Origin: Spirochaetia bacterium
GTDB lineage: Bacteria > Spirochaetota > Spirochaetia > SZUA-6 > Bin103
Reading direction: 5' to 3'
Assembly (NCBI GenBank): GCA_965203905.1
Contig: CBDBDQ010000005.1
Location: 5,216,001 to 5,280,000 of the forward strand
Length of the DNA stretch: 64,000 nt
Part shown: piece by piece, positions 58,553-64,000 of the stretch
Layout of the letters: every line of letters starts with the position of its first letter
Numbering within the stretch: the first letter of the stretch is position 1
The notes under the pieces: generated by a model
The model's input: only the letters and a program-made list of their open reading frames with translations
What the model was told of the DNA's origin: nothing
Databases searched by the model: none
Made by a program: the position numbers and the translations under genes

Positions 58553-60298
58553 CTACTTGACGGTGGCGAACCACTCGTTGGCTTCCTGGGTGAGCACGTC
58601 GCCGCCGTTGCGGCGCCACTCGGCGACCACGGAATCGTAGTCGTCGACGCTCTGGGTGCCGAGGATCACCTTGTAGAAGAATTCCTTCAGCACCTTGTCG
58701 ACGTCCGCGTACTCGGCCTGCGACGGGAGCGCCACCTTGAGCGGCTGCTCCACGGTGTTCTGGCTGGCGATGGTGTCGTACAGCATCTGCCGCTGCACCC
58801 CGCCGGCGCCGCGGCTCACGTTGTACCACGGTGCGTAGACCCAGAACGGGTTGGTCGAGAAGCCGCCGGCCAGGTTCTGGCCCAGCTCGCCCTGGCGGCG
58901 CGGGTCGGCCAGCCATTCGTCGGTCTGGCCGAAGTAGTTGCCATACTCCGAGCCGTCCCAGGGAATCCAATGCCACGGCGTCGCTTCCTCGCACACCTCC
59001 GTCGTGTCGCCGACGAAGCAGCCGAGCGCGGCCGAATAGTACAGCTCGCGGTCGGTGGCGATGCTGTTCAGCACCTGCAGCAGGCGCCCGTACTTGGGCT
59101 GCTCGTTCTCGAGCTGGCGCCCGAAGGCCACGTACAGCGGCTGCAGGCCGCGCACCGACATGCCGGCGTCGCCGCGCGGTCCGATCGGCGGCTCGGCGTT
59201 CACGTAGGGATGGTAGTCGGTCACGTCCGCGTGGGCGGCCGGATCGATCTCGGTAAAGGCGATGATGCTGTAATGCCCCTTGCCGGAGCAGTTGTCGGGC
59301 CAGCAGTCGGGATCGGTGTAGATGTAGGAGCGGTGCTCCGGATGGGCGGTATGCCACTTGCGGTTGAGGTGGCCGCCGCCGTCCCACTCGGAGTCGTCGC
59401 TGCCGAGCGACGAGACGTAGCCGATCTTCTCGTTGGCAAACTTCCACGACACGTCGTTGGCGCCGTCCTTGCGCCCGATCTCGGTGACCCATTCCGGGTC
59501 GATGATCTCGCGGGCATACCAGTCGGCCAGCAGCGCCAGCGCCTCCTTGGTGCCGGGATCGGTGAACCCGTACTGCAGCTCGCCGTCCTTCTCGATCCAT
59601 TGGAAGGCGAAGGTCCCGTGGGCGCCGAAGATCTCCTGGAAGAAGCCGGCCGGGGCGGTCTCCTGGTCACCCGGCGCGGTGAACGCGTAGGTATCCTTGC
59701 TGCCGCTGCGGTTGGGGTCCTCGTGACGGAACTTGAGGAACGCCTCCTCGAATTCGTCCAGGGTCTCCGGCACCTTGGTGATGCTCACGTTGTACAGCCA
59801 CTGCGCGTTCCAGGCGATTCCCCGCCGGTACACGTTCCACGGGCTGATGATGGGCAGTCCCATGTGCTTGCCGCCGATCTCGCCGTACTTCCAAACCCGC
59901 GGATCCCCGAACGACTCCACGTGGGCGTAGTACTCCGGCATCACCTCGCGGATGCTTTCCACGGGCAGCTCGGCGAGGACGCCCTGGTCGGCGTAGGTGG
60001 CCAACTGCACCGGGTTCAGGCGCATGGCGATCATGTCCGGCACTTCGCCGGCCGCCAGCAGCACGTTGAGCTTCTCGAACTGGTTCTCCGTGACCACCCA
60101 GTTGATCTTGATGTTGAAATACTCGTCGAGCCAGCGCTTGGTCATGTTCAGCTCGGGGTTGCGGCGGTGCATGTTGGTGGCGGCGACGTCGTACTCGTAG
60201 ACGGTGTCCGCGCCCGCCTCGCCTTCCCCGGCGGCGCTGGCGCTGAAGGCAGTGCCGACGATCAGCAGCGGCACCAGCCAGATGATGTGTTTCTTCAT
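58553..60298 (-). CDS. Carbohydrate ABC substrate-binding protein (family 1, LplA-like)
   Basis: MKKHIIWL signal, LLAAGEVPD, PETLDEF...F.KF...DPN.SG.KDTY, W...GG. Confidence 0.88.
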   Translation of the reverse strand: MKKHIIWLVPLLIVGTAFSASAAGEGEAGADTVYEYDVAATNMHRRNPELNMTKRWLDEYFNIKINWVVTENQFEKLNVLLAAGEVPDMIAMRLNPVQLATYADQGVLAELPVESIREVMPEYYAHVESFGDPRVWKYGEIGGKHMGLPIISPWNVYRRGIAWNAQWLYNVSITKVPETLDEFEEAFLKFRHEDPNRSGSKDTYAFTAPGDQETAPAGFFQEIFGAHGTFAFQWIEKDGELQYGFTDPGTKEALALLADWYAREIIDPEWVTEIGRKDGANDVSWKFANEKIGYVSSLGSDDSEWDGGGHLNRKWHTAHPEHRSYIYTDPDCWPDNCSGKGHYSIIAFTEIDPAAHADVTDYHPYVNAEPPIGPRGDAGMSVRGLQPLYVAFGRQLENEQPKYGRLLQVLNSIATDRELYYSAALGCFVGDTTEVCEEATPWHWIPWDGSEYGNYFGQTDEWLADPRRQGELGQNLAGGFSTNPFWVYAPWYNVSRGAGGVQRQMLYDTIASQNTVEQPLKVALPSQAEYADVDKVLKEFFYKVILGTQSVDDYDSVVAEWRRNGGDVLTQEANEWFATVK

Positions 60299-60385
60299 TT
60301 CTTCCCTTCTTGGCGCATGCCACGAAGGCATGCCAATCCGTGCGAGAACCCATCCCGGATCCCGCGTGCGACGGCCGAGCCCGGC

Positions 60386-61273
60386 TCAGCCCTTCAGCGA
60401 TCCGATCATCACCCCCTTCACGAAGTACTTCTGAATGAACGGATAGACTATCAGAATCGGTCCGATGGCGACGAAGATCGCCGCCGAGTGCAGCGTCTCC
60501 GGGCGCAGCGGCGAGCCGGCGGCGTCGCGCAGGTCCTGCTCGGCGCGGATGGTGAGCTGGTCGGTGGCCTCGATGATGATGCGCCGCAGCCAGATCTGCA
60601 GCACGTGCTTCTGCGAGTCGTTGACGTAGATCAGCGAATCGAACCAGGAGTTCCAGTGCCACACCGCGCTCCACAGCCCGATGGTGGCGATCACCGGCAT
60701 CGACATCGGCACGATGATGCGGAACAGGATCAGGATGTCGTTGGCGCCGTCGATGCGTGCCGAGTCCTCCAGCTCGTCGGGAATGGTCATCAGGAAGTTG
60801 CGCATGATCAGCAGGTAGAACGCCGGCGCCAGGTTCCACAGGATCAGCACCAGGCGGGTGTTGATCAGGCCCAGGCTGCGTATCAGCAGGTAGGTGGGGA
60901 TCAGCCCGCCGCTGAAGAACAGGGTGAACACGAAAATGGAAGTGTAGAGGTTGCGCTGCGGCAGGTATTTCTTGGACAGCGGGTAGGCCGCGCACAGCAG
61001 CACGACCAGGGTCGCCACGGTGCCGGCCACGGTGCGCACGATGGTGTTGTAGTAGCCCCAGTAGAGGTCGCGGTCGGTGAAGATCGCCTCGTACGACTTG
61101 GTGGTGAAGGGGTGCGGCCACAGCAGCACGTTGCTCAGGTTGCCGCTCGCCCCGTGGGTCAGCGATACCGCCAGCAGGTTGACGAACGGGAACAGGATGG
61201 TCACCGAGAACGCCACCAGGAACAGGCTGTTGAAGATGGCGAAGATGCGCTCGCCGGTGGTGCGCAGAACCAT
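60386..61273 (-). CDS. Carbohydrate ABC permease (MalG/LplC-like)
   Basis: GGLIPTY, ELEDSARIDGA, YPFIQKYFVKG. Confidence 0.93.
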   Translation of the reverse strand: MVLRTTGERIFAIFNSLFLVAFSVTILFPFVNLLAVSLTHGASGNLSNVLLWPHPFTTKSYEAIFTDRDLYWGYYNTIVRTVAGTVATLVVLLCAAYPLSKKYLPQRNLYTSIFVFTLFFSGGLIPTYLLIRSLGLINTRLVLILWNLAPAFYLLIMRNFLMTIPDELEDSARIDGANDILILFRIIVPMSMPVIATIGLWSAVWHWNSWFDSLIYVNDSQKHVLQIWLRRIIIEATDQLTIRAEQDLRDAAGSPLRPETLHSAAIFVAIGPILIVYPFIQKYFVKGVMIGSLKG

Positions 61274-61283
61274 GGCCGCCCGC

Positions 61284-62252
61284 CTACCAGATCCCGTATT
61301 CGCCGAAGATCTTGGCGATGCGGTTGACGATCACCACCAGGATCAGGCCGATGACGTTCTTGAACAGGCCCACCGCGGCCGAGAAGCTGAAGTTGAGCTC
61401 CACCAGGCCGACGCGATAGACGTAGGTGTCGATGATGTCCGCGACCTCGTAGACCGCCGGGTTGTAGAGGTTGAAGATCTGGTCGAAGCCCGCATCCAGG
61501 ATGTCGCCGACGCGCAGGATGAACAGGATCACGATCACCGGGATGATGCCCGGGATGGTGATGCTCCAGGTCTGGCGCAGCTTGCCGGCGCCGTCCACCA
61601 CCGCCGCCTCGTAGAGCTGCGGGTCGATGCCGGCGATCGCCGCCAGGAAGATGATCGAGCTCCAGCCCACCTGCTGCCACACGCCGGTGGTGATCAGCAC
61701 CGTCACGAACCAGTTGGAGTTGGCCAGGAAGTAGATCGGCTCGCCGCCGAGCCCGGTGATGATCGAGTTCACCACCCCGGTGGAGGGCGACAGGATGGTG
61801 CGGATCACGCCGCCGAGCACCACCCAGGAGAGGAAGTGGGGCAGGTAGCTGATAGTCTGCACCACGCGCTTGAAGTGGCGCTGGTAGACCTCGTTGAGCA
61901 GCAGCGCCAGGATGATTGGCGCGGGGAACCCCCAGAACAGGCGGTAGAGGCTGATCAGCAGGGTGTTGCGGAACACGGTGCCGAACTCGGTGGTGCCGTT
62001 GAACAGCTTGATGAAGTTGGCCATGCCGACCCACTCGCTGCCCCAGATGCCGTCGAAGATGCGATACTTCTTGAACGCGATGATGACCCCGTACATCGGG
62101 CCGTACTTGAAGATGATGGTCCAGATCAGGGCGCCGGCGAGCAGGAGGAACAGGTAGCGGTGCCGGTAGTAGGTCTGCAGCAGGCTCCTGCGCTTGGCGG
62201 GGGCCGCGGCGACCTGCTCCGAGGCCGCGGTATCGAGCCGACCTTCAGCCAT
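61284..62252 (-). CDS. Carbohydrate ABC permease (MalF/LplB-like)
   Basis: YGPMYG..IAF, YLPHFLSWVV, LYEAAVVDGA. Confidence 0.93.
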   Translation of the reverse strand: MAEGRLDTAASEQVAAAPAKRRSLLQTYYRHRYLFLLLAGALIWTIIFKYGPMYGVIIAFKKYRIFDGIWGSEWVGMANFIKLFNGTTEFGTVFRNTLLISLYRLFWGFPAPIILALLLNEVYQRHFKRVVQTISYLPHFLSWVVLGGVIRTILSPSTGVVNSIITGLGGEPIYFLANSNWFVTVLITTGVWQQVGWSSIIFLAAIAGIDPQLYEAAVVDGAGKLRQTWSITIPGIIPVIVILFILRVGDILDAGFDQIFNLYNPAVYEVADIIDTYVYRVGLVELNFSFSAAVGLFKNVIGLILVVIVNRIAKIFGEYGIW

Positions 62253-62395
62253 CAGGGCGCGCACGGTAGCACGCACCTCGGGAGCGGTCAAACCACGGTG
62301 ACACGGGCGGCACGGGCTGGCACGCGCTGGCCGGGGCGCGTTGAGCCGGGGACGGCGCGCGTTATATCGTGCAGCGCGCCAGCGGGGAGGACGCC

Positions 62396-63211
62396 ATGGG
62401 CACGAGCCGGGAGATCGACTTCGACCTGAAGCTCGCCGAGTACCGGATCAACGGCTACGCCGTGTTCGAGGAGATGCTTCCGCTGGAGACCGTCGACCGG
62501 CTGTATGCGGCGTTCCTGCCGTTGCTGGAGCACGTGCGGCAGCGTGACACCGAGGTCTCGCGGGTGGAACGCGGCGACGTCCGCACCGGCCTGGGCCGGC
62601 TGCAGACCACCAGCCGCTACACGCTGACCGTTCCCTGGGTCGCACCCTTTTCCGCTCCGGAGATCTTCGCGCACCCGGTGATGCTGGAGTTCATCGAGCG
62701 TTACTGGGGCGACGCCGAGTTCATCCTCACCTGCTACCACTCCAACACGCCGTACCCCGGCAGCGAGTACCAGCCGTGGCACCGCGACACCCGCCTGGCA
62801 CAGGAGATACCTCACGTCGGCCTGGAGACCTGCCCGACCCTGTCGATCAAGTTTCCCCTGGTCGACACGTCGGAAGAAAATGGCAGCTTCGAGCTGCTGC
62901 CGTCGACGCAGTACCTCGCCGATCCCAACCTGGAGACGCGCTACGACGACCTGCTGCGGCGCGGCCGGTTCCCCTCCGTCCAGCGCCTCAACCTGAAGCG
63001 CGGCACCATGTGGGTGCAGGACGTCCGCACCCTGCATCGGGGCACGCCCAACCGTTCCGCGGGGCCGCGGCCGGAGCTGTGCCTGTGCTACTGCCGCGAC
63101 TGGTACGCCATCAGCCAGAATGTGGAGATGGCACGGGCCGGCTACGACGCCCTGTCGGCCCGCGGCAAGCGGCTGCTGCAGCGCTGCCGCATCGTCGAGT
63201 GGGACCGGTAA
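62396..63211 (+). CDS. PhyH family Fe(II)/2OG dioxygenase
   Basis: [26 protein letters not shown]. Confidence 0.9.
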   Translation: MGTSREIDFDLKLAEYRINGYAVFEEMLPLETVDRLYAAFLPLLEHVRQRDTEVSRVERGDVRTGLGRLQTTSRYTLTVPWVAPFSAPEIFAHPVMLEFIERYWGDAEFILTCYHSNTPYPGSEYQPWHRDTRLAQEIPHVGLETCPTLSIKFPLVDTSEENGSFELLPSTQYLADPNLETRYDDLLRRGRFPSVQRLNLKRGTMWVQDVRTLHRGTPNRSAGPRPELCLCYCRDWYAISQNVEMARAGYDALSARGKRLLQRCRIVEWDR

Positions 63212-63215
63212 GCTG

Positions 63216-63497
63216 ATGGCAATGCACGATCCCCCGCACCCGGGCGGTGTTCTGCGGAGACAGTGGTTCGAGCCCATGGGTGTTTCCATCACCCAGGCAG
63301 CCAGGCATCTCGGTGTTTCCCGTAAGGCGCTTTCCGAGCTTGTCAACGAACACGCCGGGATCAGTCCCGAGATGGCGGTGAGGCTTTCCATTGCGTTGGA
63401 CACCAGTTCCCAGATGTGGATGAACATGCAGTCCAGCTACGATTTGTGGCAGGCGGAGCAGCATAGGAACGACCTCACGGTAGCGTCCCTTGTTTGA
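63216..63497 (+). CDS. higA: HigA family antitoxin (HTH), no higB
   Basis: [23 protein letters not shown]...GISPEMA.RL, W.NMQ..YDLW. Confidence 0.9.
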   Translation: MAMHDPPHPGGVLRRQWFEPMGVSITQAARHLGVSRKALSELVNEHAGISPEMAVRLSIALDTSSQMWMNMQSSYDLWQAEQHRNDLTVASLV

Positions 63498-63544
63498 ACA
63501 ACCCCTAACGACTGAAGAACAGATGGTTCAGGTGACCAGGAGTA

Positions 63545-63576
63545 GGGGAGGCGGAAGATTCATCCCGCCTCCCCCT
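63545..63576. terminator. Hairpin between the convergent higA and SBP genes
   Basis: ggggaggcgg ... ccgcctcccc inverted repeat. Confidence 0.6.
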
Positions 63577-63639
63577 TGCTGCTGACAATCAAGCTCATGT
63601 CGAGCAATTGCCAAGGCCTTCGTGCAGTGACCCCGCCGC

Positions 63640-64000
63640 CTAATATCCCATCTGTTTTTTCAGGTCCTGATCGAGCCACCAGTTGTGGTAGTCAGGGCTA
63701 TGAATATGGTACCAGGTCTCACCAACGAAATTCTGAACCCACGGCCACCAGTAGATCATGATGGGGGGAAGAGCCATGGGGATAGCGGGAACATCCTCCG
63801 TGATGCGTACGAAAGCTTCCTCCATCATCTGGATTCGCCTGGCGTCGTCAATCTCCGAGACTGCCTCGCTTAACCGCGAGTCGACGTATTCGTTGCCATA
63901 ACCTGGCCAGTTTCTGGTACCCTTGGTACCGTAATGGATGTTCGCGAACAGAATCGGAGTGTGGGTGACGGCGATCTCCAGAAAGGTGTCCTCGTAATCC
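63640..64000 (-). CDS. Family-5 SBP, C-terminal part (5' end beyond the window)
   Basis: YWWPWVQNF.GE...W.DQDLKKQMGY, paralogous to the end of the 39870-41612 protein (YWWPWVRNYHGE...WIDQALKQEMGY). Confidence 0.85.
   Translation of the reverse strand, partial: DYEDTFLEIAVTHTPILFANIHYGTKGTRNWPGYGNEYVDSRLSEAVSEIDDARRIQMMEEAFVRITEDVPAIPMALPPIMIYWWPWVQNFVGETWYHIHSPDYHNWWLDQDLKKQMGY

Noticed and set aside
58076-61327. 1083-aa plus-strand ORF
   Set aside because: Shadow of the minus-strand TA, SBP and permease genes.
1-64000. tRNA, rRNA or riboswitch (e.g. cobalamin riboswitch near the CobW operon)
   Set aside because: No recognisable consensus by eye; an Infernal/Rfam scan would be needed to exclude them.

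Overview
This is a high-GC bacterial chromosomal window. The Spirochaetota-like signal peptides on the solute-binding proteins ('...FAAGEGE', '...FASGEVE') and the catabolic, TA-rich gene content suggest an uncultured Spirochaetaceae-type heterotroph or symbiont; this is inference only. Uptake and catabolism dominate. There are six family-5 (Dpp/Opp) solute-binding proteins (two cut by the window edges), four with DppB/DppC permeases, plus two carbohydrate (CUT1) ABC clusters, and none has an ATPase gene. Interleaved enzymes include three PhyH-type dioxygenases, two amidohydrolases, a sulfatase, a P450, a Rieske protein, an oligogalacturonate-lyase-like propeller, an aldo/keto reductase and a CobW GTPase. 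Accessory content comprises three PIN-toxin TA pairs, three orphan antitoxins, a decayed AAA-ATPase gene and a stand-alone ATPase + partner pair resembling MADS Mad3/Mad4. The most unusual structure is at 11221-13453. A ~2.2 kb unit bounded by ISKra4/ISLre2-like ends, with an apparent target-site duplication, carries an intact DUF222-like HNH endonuclease gene. The linker of that gene contains a regularly spaced (36-42 bp) array of short palindromes (core CTTCG-N4-CGAAG) whose outer bases co-vary. No rRNA, tRNA or CRISPR array was seen. All family calls come from motif recognition by eye, not from database searches.
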